DNA from: the human T2T-CHM13v2.0 reference genome, Homo sapiens
Strand: one strand, 5' to 3'
Assembly (NCBI RefSeq): GCF_009914755.1
Contig: NC_060925.1
Length of the DNA stretch: 64,000 bases
In this document: one piece after another, positions 26,472-40,742 of the stretch
How positions within the stretch are numbered: the stretch's first letter is position 1
How the letters are laid out: every line of letters begins with the position of its first letter
Notes under the pieces: generated by a model
Databases searched by the model: none
The model's input: the letters and a program-made list of their open reading frames with translations, nothing else
Told to the model about the DNA's origin: nothing
Translations under genes and position numbers: made by a program

Positions 26472-29400
26472 GTCTCTGTCTCTCTCTCTCTCTCTCTCTG
26501 TCTTTCTCTTTCATTGTTTTCTACCTGGCCCTGTTCTATCCCAACATAAAGGCAGTAATTTGTTACCTCATTAATGGATCTGTCCTTTTTCTTTTCAAAC
26601 TCTTCCTTAACGTTAGCCATGAAATCTAGCTGGGGCTGTGCGGTTTCTGATTCCCCCTGGCTTATTCTTTACTTTTTCCCACTTTTCCAGGCTCAGCAGG
26701 GAGCTGCTGGATGAGAAAGGGCCTGAAGTCTTGCAGGACTCACTGGATAGATGTTATTCAACTCCTTCAGGTTGTCTTGAACTGACTGACTCATGCCAGC
26801 CCTACAGAAGTGCCTTTTACATATTGGAGCAACAGTGTGTTGGCTTGGCTGTTGACATGGATGGTGAGTACCTTTCTATGAAGGTGATAAGGATCCACTG
26901 AGTCTTCTGGTTAGGGTCATATTCCTACTGCAAGTGGCCCTTACTGAGCTGAGAGATGTCATTGCCACAGGGAGGACCTATAGGCACATGTAGGTTGAAT
27001 GAAACTCTAGTTCCACTTGGCAGCCCAGACAAGGGATGGGTCAGTGAGCAAGGCTCTCTTCCTAGTCTCAGGCCATGCCTGTGGCGCCCTAATCCTACTC
27101 TCATGACATTGGACCTGGGCAGATGTGACAAATTCACGCAACTCTGATTTTGTCTCAATTTTGTAGATCTTGTAGATTTCATCCTTCACTCTAATTTCAG
27201 CGTCTAAAATCCTCGCTACCATGAACAATCTGAGTATTTGATGAGACAGGGCTGAATAGTGCAGTTTTTCTCCTAGCAACCATTTGGGGGTATTTGCTTT
27301 AAATCGATTGGAAAAATATGGCATAACCATTTGCACAAACTTGGGACAAATGATATTGGGATAACGATCTACCAGAATAGGGAATTTTACCCACAGTTTC
27401 TGGGACAAAAACCAAGGAATCTCTATGGTGATCAGCCTTCAGGCCTCCTGAAGAATATCTCTCACAGTGTCCTATTCTCATGCTGAGGAGCCTGAAGTCT
27501 CTGTGTGAGGATTAGACAGTGGATTGTTATGTGTGTAGGAGAACCAGCTTCATATGTCTGTCCATGTCTGAACTTATTGCAGAAATTGAAAAGTACCAAG
27601 AAGTGGAAGAAGACCAAGACCCATCATGCCCCAGGTAACTTTGAGCAATTATGGATGCTTAATTCTGTGTTGACACCTGGAGATGCCAGGTCCAGGGAAA
27701 ACAAGAGTGTGTTCAATTTCATGTTTTCAACGAAGGTTGAATTACTCCTACTGACATGGCTGTTGGTTTTCATTGCAGTAGATGTTTAGGTTTCCATTTC
27801 TTCCTCCCCTTATCATTTACTAACTTACTATAGGTTGACCATACCTCAAAGGCTGTATGGCAACTGCATGGAATCTTGAGCAAGTTTATGGAAAATTATT
27901 GAGCCCACTCTTTTCATGATCACTGTTCACTGTGTGTCCCGAGGGCACTAACTCAGAGTGTCCTTTGACCCCTTCATCAGTGTGTCACCCGGCCAACTCG
28001 CTGAGCTCACTTTCTCCTCTCTCTCTCTCTCTCTCTCTCCCTCTCCCTGTCTTTCTCTTTCATTCTTCTCTACCTGGCCCTGGTCTATCCCAACATAAAG
28101 GCAATAATTCATTACCTCATTAATGGATCTGTCCTTTTTCTTTTTAAACAGTTCCTTATGTTAGCCATGAAATCTAGCTGGGGCTGTGTGGTTTCTGATT
28201 CCCCCTGGCTTATTCTTTACTTTTTCCTACTTTTCCAGGCTCAGCAGGGAGCTGCTGGATGAGAAAGAGCCTGAAGTCTTGCAGGACTCACTGGATAGAT
28301 GTTATTCGATTCCTTCAGGTTATCTTGAACTGCCTGACTTAGGCCAGCCCTACAGCAGTGCTGTTTACTCATTGGAGGAACAGTACCTTGGCTTGGCTCT
28401 TGACGTGGACAGTGAGTACCTTACTATGAAGGTGATAAGCCTCCACCTGGTCTTCCAGATAGGGGTGATATTCCTGTTCCAAGTGGCCCTTACTGACCCG
28501 AGAGATGTCATTGCCACAGGCAGGACCTATGGGCGCATATAGGTTGTAATGAAACTGTAGTCTCAGTTGGAAGCCTAGACATGAAATGGGTCAGTGAGCA
28601 AGGCTCTATTCCTAGTCTCCAGCCATGCCTGTGGCAACCTGAGCCCGCTCTCAGCACATTGGACCCAGGCAGATGCAAAAAATTCACAGAACTATGATTT
28701 GGACTCAAGGGTTTGTAGATTTCCTCCTTCATTCTAATTTCAGTGTCTAAAATTCTTGCATCCATGAACGAGCTGGGCATTTGATGAGACAGGGCTGAAT
28801 ACTGCAGTTTTCCTCCTAGAAATCATCTGGGGCATTTTCTTTGAACTGATGGGAACAATAAGGCATAACTGTTTGCACAAACTTGGGATAAGTGATTTTG
28901 GGATAACGATCTACCAGAATGGGGATATTTCACCCTTGGTTCTGAGATGCAAACCAAAGAATATCATGACCAGCTTTCAGGCCTCCTGAAGTATATCTCT
29001 CACATTGTCCTGTTCTCATGCTGAGGAGCCTGAGATCCCTGTGTGGGGATTAGACAGTGGACTGTTATGGGTGTAGGTGAATTGGCTTATTTTGTCTGTC
29101 CCTGTCTGAATGTATTGCAGGAATTAAAAAGGACCAAGAAGAGGAAGAAGACCAAGACCCACCATGCCCCAGGTAACTGAGCAATTGTGAACAGCTACTT
29201 CTGTGTTGACATCTGGAGACTACTGGTTCAGGGAAAACAGAGCGGGCTGACATTATCGATTACATCTTTTCAAGCAAGCCTGAATTATTCCTACTAACAT
29301 TGCTGTTGGTTTTCATTGCAGTAGATATTTAGGTTTCCATTTCTTCCTCCCCTTATCATTTACTAACCTACTGTAGGTGGACCAGACTTCAAAAACTGTA

Positions 29401-29560
29401 TTCTCATGGCGACTGCATGGAAACTTGAGCACATTTTATGGAAAATTATTGAGCACAGTCTTTTCATGATCACTGTATGCTGTGTGTCCTGAGGGCACTA
29501 ACTCAGAGTGTCCTGTTACTCCCTCATCAGTGTGTCACCTGGACAATTCACTGAGCTCGT

Positions 29561-29627
<67 letters not shown>

Positions 29628-31203
29628 CCATCTGTCTTTCTCTTTCATTCTTTTCCATTTGGCCCTGTTCTGTCCCAACATGAAGGCAATAATTTGTTAC
29701 CTCATTAATGGATCTATCCTTTTAGTTTCTTAACCACTTCCCTATGCTACCCATGAAACCTAGTTGGGGCTCTGTTGTGTGTGATTTCCCCTGGCTTATT
29801 CTTTACTTTTTCCTCCTTTTCCAGGCTCAGCAGGGAGCTGCTGGAGGTAGTAGAGCCTGAAGTCTTGCAGGACTCACTGGATAGATGTTATTCAACTCCT
29901 TCCAGTTGTCTTGAACAGCCTGACTCCTGCCAGCCCTATGGAAGTTCCTTTTATGCATTGGAGGAAAAACATGTTGGCTTTTCTCTTGACGTGGGAGGTG
30001 AGTACCTTTCTATGAAGGTGATAAGCATCCACTGAGTCTTCCATATAAAGATCATATTCCTGCTCCAAGTGGCCATTACTGAGCTGAGAGATGTCGTTGC
30101 CGCAGTGAGGACCTATAGGCACATGTAGGTTGAATGAAACTCTAGTTCTACCTGGAAGCCCAGACAAGGGATGGGTCAGTGAGCAAGACTCTCTTCCTAG
30201 TCTCAGGCCATACCTGTGGCGCCCTGATCCTATTCTCATGACATTGGACCTGGGCAGATGTGACAAATTCAGAGAACTATGATTTTGACTCAAGGGTTTG
30301 TAGATTTCCTTTTTCACTCTAATTTCAGTGTCTAAAGTCCTCACAACCATGAACAATCTGAGTATTTGATGAGACAGGGCTAAATATTGCAGTTTTTCTC
30401 CTAGAAATCATTTGAGGGTATTTGCTTTAAATTGATTGGAAAAATATGGCATAACTGTTTGCACAAACTTGGGACAAATGATATTGGGATAACGATCTAC
30501 TAGAATAGGGACATTTTACCCACAGTTTCTGGGAGAAAAACCGAGGAATTTCTATCATGACCAGCCTTCAGGCCTCCTGAAATATATCTCTCACAGTGTC
30601 CTATTCTTATGCTGAGGAGCCTGAGGTCCCTGTGTGAGGATTAGACAGTGGATTGTTATGTGTGTAGGGGAATCAGCTTAATGTGTCTGTCCATGTCTGA
30701 ATTTATTGCAGAAATTGAAAAGAAGGGGAAGGGGAAGAAAAGAAGGGGAAGAAGATCAAAGAAGGAAAGAAGAAGGGGAAGAAAAGAAGGGGAAGAAGAT
30801 CAAAACCCACCATGCCCCAGGTGACTTTCAGCAATTGTGGATGCTTAATTCTGTGTTAACACCTGGAGGCAACAGATTCAGGGAAACCAGAGCGTGTTTG
30901 ATGTCATGTTTTCAACGAAGGCTGAATTACTCCTACTGTCATTGCTGTTGGTTTTCATTGCAGTAGATGTTTAGGTTTCCATTTCTTCCTCCCCTTATCA
31001 TTTCCTAACGTACCATAGGTTGACCATACTTCAAAAGCTGTACTCTCATGGCCACTGCATCGAATTTTGAGCATATTTTATGGAAAACTATTGAGCTCAC
31101 TCTTTTCATGATCACAGTTTGCTGTGTGTCATGAGGGCACTAACTCAGAGTGTCCTTTTACTCCCTTACCAGTATGTCACCTGGCCAATTCACTAGGTCA
31201 CTT

Positions 31204-31234
<31 letters not shown>

Positions 31235-34200
31235 GTCTCTGTCTCTCTCTCTCTCTCTCTCTGTCTTTCTCTTTCATTGTTTTCTACCTGGCCCTGTTCT
31301 ATCCCAACATAAAGGCAATAATTTGTTACCTCATTAATGGATCTGTCCTTTTTCTTTTCAAACTCTTCCTTAACGTTAGCCATGAAATCTAGCTGGGGCT
31401 GTGCGGTTTCTGATTCCCCCTGGCTTATTCTTTACTTTTTCCCACTTTTCCAGGCTCAGCAGGGAGCTGCTGGATGAGAAAGGGCCTGAAGTCTTGCAGG
31501 ACTCACTGGATAGATGTTATTCAACTCCTTCAGGTTGTCTTGAACTGACTGACTCATGCCAGCCCTACAGAAGTGCCTTTTACATATTGGAGCAACAGTG
31601 TGTTGGCTTGGCTGTTGACATGGATGGTGAGTACCTTTCTATGAAGGTGATAAGGATCCACTGAGTCTTCTGGTTAGGGTCATATTCCTACTGCAAGTGG
31701 CCCTTACTGAGCTGAGAGATGTCATTGCCACAGGGAGGACCTATAGGCACATGTAGGTTGAATGAAACTCTAGTTCCACTTGGCAGCCCAGACAAGGGAT
31801 GGGTCAGTGAGCAAGGCTCTCTTCCTAGTCTCAGGCCATGCCTGTGGCGCCCTAATCCTACTCTCATGACATTGGACCTGGGCAGATGTGACAAATTCAC
31901 GCAACTCTGATTTTGTCTCAATTTTGTAGATCTTGTAGATTTCATCCTTCACTCTAATTTCAGCGTCTAAAATCCTCGCTACCATGAACAATCTGAGTAT
32001 TTGATGAGACAGGGCTGAATAGTGCAGTTTTTCTCCTAGCAACCATTTGGGGGTATTTGCTTTAAATCGATTGGAAAAATATGGCATAACCATTTGCACA
32101 AACTTGGGACAAATGATATTGGGATAACGATCTACCAGAATAGGGAATTTTACCCACAGTTTCTGGGACAAAAACCAAGGAATCTCTATGGTGATCAGCC
32201 TTCAGGCCTCCTGAAGAATATCTCTCACAGTGTCCTATTCTCATGCTGAGGAGCCTGAAGTCTCTGTGTGAGGATTAGACAGTGGATTGTTATGTGTGTA
32301 GGAGAACCAGCTTCATATGTCTGTCCATGTCTGAACTTATTGCAGAAATTGAAAAGTACCAAGAAGTGGAAGAAGACCAAGACCCATCATGCCCCAGGTA
32401 ACTTTGAGCAATTATGGATGCTTAATTCTGTGTTGACACCTGGAGATGCCAGGTCCAGGGAAAACAAGAGTGTGTTCAATTTCATGTTTTCAACGAAGGT
32501 TGAATTACTCCTACTGACATGGCTGTTGGTTTTCATTGCAGTAGATGTTTAGGTTTCCATTTCTTCCTCCCCTTATCATTTACTAACTTACTATAGGTTG
32601 ACCATACCTCAAAGGCTGTATGGCAACTGCATGGAATCTTGAGCAAGTTTATGGAAAATTATTGAGCCCACTCTTTTCATGATCACTGTTCGCTGTGTGT
32701 CCCGAGGGCACTAACTCAGAGTGTCCTTTGACCCCTTCATCAGTGTGTCACCCGGCCAACTCGCTGAGCTCACTTTCTCCTCTCTCTCTCTCTCTCTCTC
32801 TCCCTCTCCCTGTCTTTCTCTTTCATTCTTCTCTACCTGGCCCTGGTCTATCCCAACATAAAGGCAATAATTCATTAACTCATTAATGGATCTGTCCTTT
32901 TTCTTTTTAAACAGTTCCTTATGTTAGCCATGAAATCTAGCTGGGGCTGTGTGGTTTCTGATTCCCCCTGGCTTATTCTTTACTTTTTCCTACTTTTCCA
33001 GGCTCAGCAGGGAGCTGCTGGATGAGAAAGAGCCTGAAGTCTTGCAGGACTCACTGGATAGATGTTATTCGATTCCTTCAGGTTATCTTGAACTGCCTGA
33101 CTTAGGCCAGCCCTACAGCAGTGCTGTTTACTCATTGGAGGAACAGTACCTTGGCTTGGCTCTTGACGTGGACAGTGAGTACCTTACTATGAAGGTGATA
33201 AGCCTCCACCTGGTCTTCCAGATAGGGGTGATATTCCTGTTCCAAGTGGCCCTTACTGACCCGAGAGATGTCATTGCCGCAGGCAGGACCTATGGGCGCA
33301 TATAGGTTGTAATGAAACTGTAGTCTCAGTTGGAAGCCTAGACATGAAATGGGTCAGTGAGCAAGGCTCTATTCCTAGTCTCCAGCCATGCCTGTGGCAA
33401 CCTGAGCCCGCTCTCAGCACATTGGACCCAGGCAGATGCAAAAAATTCACAGAACTATGATTTGGACTCAAGGGTTTGTAGATTTCCTCCTTCATTCTAA
33501 TTTCAGTGTCTAAAATTCTTGCATCCATGAACGAGCTGGGCATTTGATGAGACAGGGCTGAATACTGCAGTTTTCCTCCTAGAAATCATCTGGGGCATTT
33601 TCTTTGAACTGATGGGAACAATAAGGCATAACTGTTTGCACAAACTTGGGATAAGTGATTTTGGGATAACGATCTACCAGAATGGGGATATTTCACCCTT
33701 GGTTCTGAGATGCAAACCAAAGAATATCATGACCAGCTTTCAGGCCTCCTGAAGTATATCTCTCACATTGTCCTGTTCTCATGCTGAGGAGCCTGAGATC
33801 CCTGTGTGGGGATTAGACAGTGGACTGTTATGGGTGTAGGTGAATTGGCTTATTTTGTCTGTCCCTGTCTGAATGTATTGCAGGAATTAAAAAGGACCAA
33901 GAAGAGGAAGAAGACCAAGACCCACCATGCCCCAGGTAACTGAGCAATTGTGAACAGCTACTTCTGTGTTGACATCTGGAGACTCCTGGTTCAGGGAAAA
34001 CAGAGCGGGCTGACATTATCGATTACATCTTTTCAAGCAAGCCTGAATTATTCCTACTAACATTGCTGTTGGTTTTCATTGCAGTAGATATTTAGGTTTC
34101 CATTTCTTCCTCCCCTTATCATTTACTAACCTACTGTAGGTGGACCAGACTTCAAAAACTGTATTCTCATGGCGACTGCGTGGAAACTTGAGCACATTTT

Positions 34201-34323
34201 ATGGAAAATTATTGAGCACAGTCTTTTCATGATCACTGTATGCTGTGTGTCCTGAGGGCACTAACTCAGAGTGTCCTGTTACTCCCTCATCAGTGTGTCA
34301 CCTGGACAATTCACTGAGCTCGT

Positions 34324-34389
<66 letters not shown>

Positions 34390-35964
34390 TATCTGTCTTT
34401 CTCTTTCATTCTTTTCCATTTGGCCCTGTTCTGTCCCAACATGAAGGCAATAATTTGTTACCTCATTAATGGATCTATCCTTTTAGTTTCTTAACCACTT
34501 CCCTATGCTACCCATGAAACCTAGTTGGGGCTCTGTTGTGTGTGATTTCCCCTGGCTTATTCTTTACTTTTTCCTCCTTTTCCAGGCTCAGCAGGGAGCT
34601 GCTGGAGGTAGTAGAGCCTGAAGTCTTGCAGGACTCACTGGATAGATGTTATTCAACTCCTTCCAGTTGTCTTGAACAGCCTGACTCCTGCCAGCCCTAT
34701 GGAAGTTCCTTTTATGCATTGGAGGAAAAACATGTTGGCTTTTCTCTTGACGTGGGAGGTGAGTACCTTTCTATGAAGGTGATAAGCATCCACTGAGTCT
34801 TCCATATAAAGATCATATTCCTGCTCCAAGTGGCCATTACTGAGCTGAGAGATGTCGTTGCCGCAGTGAGGACCTATAGGCACATGTAGGTTGAATGAAA
34901 CTCTAGTTCTACCTGGAAGCCCAGACAAGGGATGGGTCAGTGAGCAAGACTCTCTTCCTAGTCTCAGGCCATACCTGTGGCGCCCTGATCCTATTCTCAT
35001 GACATTGGACCTGGGCAGATGTGACAAATTCAGAGAACTATGATTTTGACTCAAGGGTTTGTAGATTTCCTTTTTCACTCTAATTTCAGTGTCTAAAGTC
35101 CTCACAACCATGAACAATCTGAGTATTTGATGAGACAGGGCTAAATATTGCAGTTTTTCTCCTAGAAATCATTTGAGGGTATTTGCTTTAAATTGATTGG
35201 AAAAATATGGCATAACTGTTTGCACAAACTTGGGACAAATGATATTGGGATAACGATCTACTAGAATAGGGACATTTTACCCACAGTTTCTGGGAGAAAA
35301 ACCGAGGAATTTCTATCATGACCAGCCTTCAGGCCTCCTGAAATATATCTCTCACAGTGTCCTATTCTTATGCTGAGGAGCCTGAGGTCCCTGTGTGAGG
35401 ATTAGACAGTGGATTGTTATGTGTGTAGGGGAATCAGCTTAATGTGTCTGTCCATGTCTGAATTTATTGCAGAAATTGAAAAGAAGGGGAAGGGGAAGAA
35501 AAGAAGGGGAAGAAGATCAAAGAAGGAAAGAAGAAGGGGAAGAAAAGAAGGGGAAGAAGATCAAAACCCACCATGCCCCAGGTGACTTTCAGCAATTGTG
35601 GATGCTTAATTCTGTGTTAACACCTGGAGGCAACAGATTCAGGGAAACCAGAGCGTGTTTGATGTCATGTTTTCAACGAAGGCTGAATTACTCCTACTGT
35701 CATTGCTGTTGGTTTTCATTGCAGTAGATGTTTAGGTTTCCATTTCTTCCTCCCCTTATCATTTACTAGCGTACCATAGGTTGACCATACTTCAAAAGCT
35801 GTACTCTCATGGCCACTGCATCGAATTTTGAGCATATTTTATGGAAAACTATTGAGCTCACTCTTTTCATGATCACAGTTTGCTGTGTGTCATGAGGGCA
35901 CTAACTCAGAGTGTCCTTTTACTCCCTTACCAGTATGTCACCTGGCCAATTCACTAGGTCACTT

Positions 35965-35995
<31 letters not shown>

Positions 35996-38900
35996 GTCTC
36001 TGTCTCTCTCTCTCTCTCTCTCTGTCTTTCTCTTTCATTGTTTTCTACCTGGCCCTGTTCTATCCCAACATAAAGGCAATAATTTGTTCCCTCATTAATG
36101 GATCTGTCCTTTTTCTTTTCAAACTCTTCCTTAACGTTAGCCATGAAATCTAGCTGGGGCTGTGCGGTTTCTGATTCCCCCTGGCTTATTCTTTACTTTT
36201 TCCCACTTTTCCAGGCTCAGCAGGGAGCTGCTGGATGAGAAAGGGCCTGAAGTCTTGCAGGACTCACTGGATAGATGTTATTCAACTCCTTCAGGTTGTC
36301 TTGAACTGACTGACTCATGCCAGCCCTACAGAAGTGCCTTTTACATATTGGAGCAACAGTGTGTTGGCTTGGCTGTTGACATGGATGGTGAGTACCTTTC
36401 TATGAAGGTGATAAGGATCCACTGAGTCTTCTGGTTAGGGTCATATTCCTACTGCAAGTGGCCCTTACTGAGCTGAGAGATGTCATTGCCACAGGGAGGA
36501 CCTATAGGCACATGTAGGTTGAATGAAACTCTAGTTCCACTTGGCAGCCCAGACAAGGGATGGGTCAGTGAGCAAGGCTCTCTCCCTAGTCTCAGGCCAT
36601 GCCTGTGGCGCCCTAATCCTACTCTCATGACATTGGACCTGGGCAGATGTGACAAATTCACACAACTCTGATTTTGTCTCAATTTTGTAGATCTTGTAGA
36701 TTTCATCCTTCACTCTAATTTCAGCGTCTAAAATCCTCGCTACCATGAACAATCTGAGTATTTGATGAGACAGGGCTGAATAGTGCAGTTTTTCTCCTAG
36801 CAACCATTTGGGGGTATTTGCTTTAAATCGATTGGAAAAATATGGCATAACCATTTGCACAAACTTGGGACAAATGATATTGGGATAACGATCTACCAGA
36901 ATAGGGAATTTTACCCACAGTTTCTGGGACAAAAACCAAGGAATCTCTATGGTGATCAGCCTTCAGGCCTCCTGAAGAATATCTCTCACAGTGTCCTATT
37001 CTCATGCTGAGGAGCCTGAAGTTCCTGTGTGAGGATTAGACAGTGGATTGTTATGTGTGTAGGAGAACCAGCTTCATATGTCTGTCCATGTCTGAACTTA
37101 TTGCAGAAATTGAAAAGTACCAAGAAGTGGAAGAAGACCAAGACCCATCATGCCCCAGGTAACTTTGAGCAATTATGGATGCTTAATTCTGTGTTGACAC
37201 CTGGAGATGCCAGGTCCAGGGAAAACAAGAGTGTGTTCAATTTCATGTTTTCAACGAAGGTTGAATTACTCCTACTGACATGGCTGTTGGTTTTCATTGC
37301 AGTAGATGTTTAGGTTTCCATTTCTTCCTCCCCTTAACATTTACTAACTTACTATAGGTTGACCATACCTCAAAGGCTGTATGGCAACTGCATGGAATCT
37401 TGAGCAAGTTTATGGAAAATTATTGAGCCCACTCTTTTCATGATCACTGTTCGCTGTGTGTCCCGAGGGCACTAACTCAGAGTGTCCTTTGACCCCTTCA
37501 TCAGTGTGTCACCCGGCCAACTCGCTGAGCTCACTTTCTCCTCTCTCTCTCTCTCTCTCTCCCTCTCCCTGTCTTTCTCTTTCATTCTTTTCTACCTGGC
37601 CCTGGTCTATCCCAACATAAAGGCAATAATTCATTACCTCATTAATGGATCTGTCCTTTTTCTTTTTAAACAGTTCCTTATGTTAGCCATGAAATCTAGC
37701 TGGGGCTGTGTGGTTTCTGATTCCCCCTGGCTTATTCTTTACTTTTTCCTACTTTTCCAGGCTCAGCAGGGAGCTGCTGGATGAGAAAGAGCCTGAAGTC
37801 TTGCAGGACTCACTGGATAGATGTTATTCGACTCCTTCAGGTTATCTTGAACTGCCTGACTTAGGCCAGCCCTACAGCAGTGCTGTTTACTCATTGGAGG
37901 AACAGTACCTTGGCTTGGCTCTTGACGTGGACAGTGAGTACCTTACTATGAAGGTGATAAGCCTCCACCTGGTCTTCCAGATAGGGGTGATATTCCTGTT
38001 CCAAGTGGCCCTTACTGACCCGAGAGATGTCATTGCCGCAGGCAGGACCTATGGGCGCATATAGGTTGTAATGAAACTGTAGTCTCAGTTGGAAGCCTAG
38101 ACATGAAATGGGTCAGTGAGCAAGGCTCTATTCCTAGTCTCCAGCCATGCCTGTGGCAACCTGAGCCCGCTCTCAGCACATTGGACCCAGGCAGATGTAA
38201 AAAATTCACAGAACTATGATTTGGACTCAAGGGTTTGTGGATTTCCTCCTTCATTCTAATTTCAGTGTCTAAAATTCTTGCATCCATGAACGAGCTGGGC
38301 ATTTGATGAGACAGGGCTGAATACTGCAGTTTTCCTCCTAGAAATCATCTGGGGCATTTTCTTTGAACTGATGGGAACAATAAGGCATAACTGTTTGCAC
38401 AAACTTGGGATAAGTGATTTTGGGATAACGATCTACCAGAATGGGGATATTTCACCCTTGGTTCTGAGATGCAAACCAAAGAATATCATGACCAGCTTTC
38501 AGGCCTCCTGAAGTATATCTCTCACATTGTCCTGTTCTCATGCTGAGGAGCCTGAGATCCCTGTGTGGGGATTAGACAGTGGACTGTTATGGGTGTAGGT
38601 GAATTGGCTTATTTTGTCTGTCCCTGTCTGAATGTATTGCAGGAATTAAAAAGGACCAAGAAGAGGAAGAAGACCAAGGCCCACCATGCCCCAGGTAACT
38701 GAGCAGTTGTGAACAGCTACTTCTGTGTTGACATCTGGAGACTCCTGGTTCAGGGAAAACAGAGCGGGCTGACATTATCGATTACATCTTTTCAAGCAAG
38801 CCTGAATTATTCCTACTAACATTGCTGTTGGTTTTCATTGCAGTAGATATTTAGGTTTCCATTTCTTCCTCCCCTTATCATTTACTAACCTACTGTAGGT

Positions 38901-39082
38901 GGACCAGACTTCAAAAACTGTATTCTCATGGCGACTGCGTGGAAACTTGAGCACATTTTATGGAAAATTATTGAGCACAGTCTTTTCATGATCACTGTAT
39001 GCTGTGTGTCCTGAGGGCACTAACTCAGAGTGTCCTGTTACTCCCTCATCAGTGTGTCACCTGGACAATTCACTGAGCTCGT

Positions 39083-39136
<54 letters not shown>

Positions 39137-40711
39137 TATCTGTCTTTCTCTTTCATTCTTTTCCATTTGGCCCTGTTCTGTCCCAACATGAAGGCAATAA
39201 TTTGTTACCTCATTAATGGATCTATCCTTTTAGTTTCTTAACCACTTCCCTATGCTACCCATGAAACCTAGTTGGGGCTCTGTTGTGTGTGATTTCCCCT
39301 GGCTTATTCTTTACTTTTTCCTCCTTTTCCAGGCTCAGCAGGGAGCTGCTGGAGGTAGTAGAGCCTGAAGTCTTGCAGGACTCACTGGATAGATGTTATT
39401 CAACTCCTTCCAGTTGTCTTGAACAGCCTGACTCCTGCCAGCCCTATGGAAGTTCCTTTTATGCATTGGAGGAAAAACATGTTGGCTTTTCTCTTGACGT
39501 GGGAGGTGAGTACCTTTCTATGAAGGTGATAAGCATCCACTGAGTCTTCCATATAAAGATCATATTCCTGCTCCAAGTGGCCATTACTGAGCTGAGAGAT
39601 GTCGTTGCCGCAGTGAGGACCTATAGGCACATGTAGGTTGAATGAAACTCTAGTTCTACCTGGAAGCCCAGACAAGGGATGGGTCAGTGAGCAAGACTCT
39701 CTTCCTAGTCTCAGGCCATACCTGTGGCGCCCTGATCCTATTCTCATGACATTGGACCTGGGCAGATGTGACAAATTCAGAGAACTATGATTTTGACTCA
39801 AGGGTTTGTAGATTTCCTTTTTCACTCTAATTTCAGTGTCTAAAGTCCTCACAACCATGAACAATCTGAGTATTTGATGAGACAGGGCTAAATATTGCAG
39901 TTTTTCTCCCAGAAATCATTTGAGGGTATTTGCTTTAAATTGATTGGAAAAATATGGCATAACTGTTTGCACAAACTTGGGACAAATGATATTGGGATAA
40001 CGATCTACTAGAATAGGGACATTTTACCCACAGTTTCTGGGAGAAAAACCGAGGAATTTCTATCATGACCAGCCTTCAGGCCTCCTGAAATATATCTCTC
40101 ACAGTGTCCTATTCTTATGCTGAGGAGCCTGAGGTCCCTGTGTGAGGATTAGACAGTGGATTGTTATGTGTGTAGGGGAATCAGCTTAATGTGTCTGTCC
40201 ATGTCTGAATTTATTGCAGAAATTGAAAAGAAGGGGAAGGGGAAGAAAAGAAGGGGAAGAAGATCAAAGAAGGAAAGAAGAAGGGGAAGAAAAGAAGGGG
40301 AAGAAGATCAAAACCCACCATGCCCCAGGTGACTTTCAGCAATTGTGGATGCTTAATTCTGTGTTAACACCTGGAGGCAACAGATTCAGGGAAACCAGAG
40401 TGTGTTTGATGTCATGTTTTCAACGAAGGCTGAATTACTCCTACTGTCATTGCTGTTGGTTTTCATTGCAGTAGATGTTTAGGTTTCCATTTCTTCCTCC
40501 CCTTATCATTTCCTAACGTACCATAGGTTGACCATACTTCAAAAGCTGTACTCTCATGGCCACTGCATCGAATTTTGAGCATATTTTATGGAAAACTATT
40601 GAGCTCACTCTTTTCATGATCACAGTTTGCTGTGTGTCATGAGGGCACTAACTCAGAGTGTCCTTTTACTCCCTTACCAGTATGTCACCTGGCCAATTCA
40701 CTAGGTCACTT

Positions 40712-40742
<31 letters not shown>

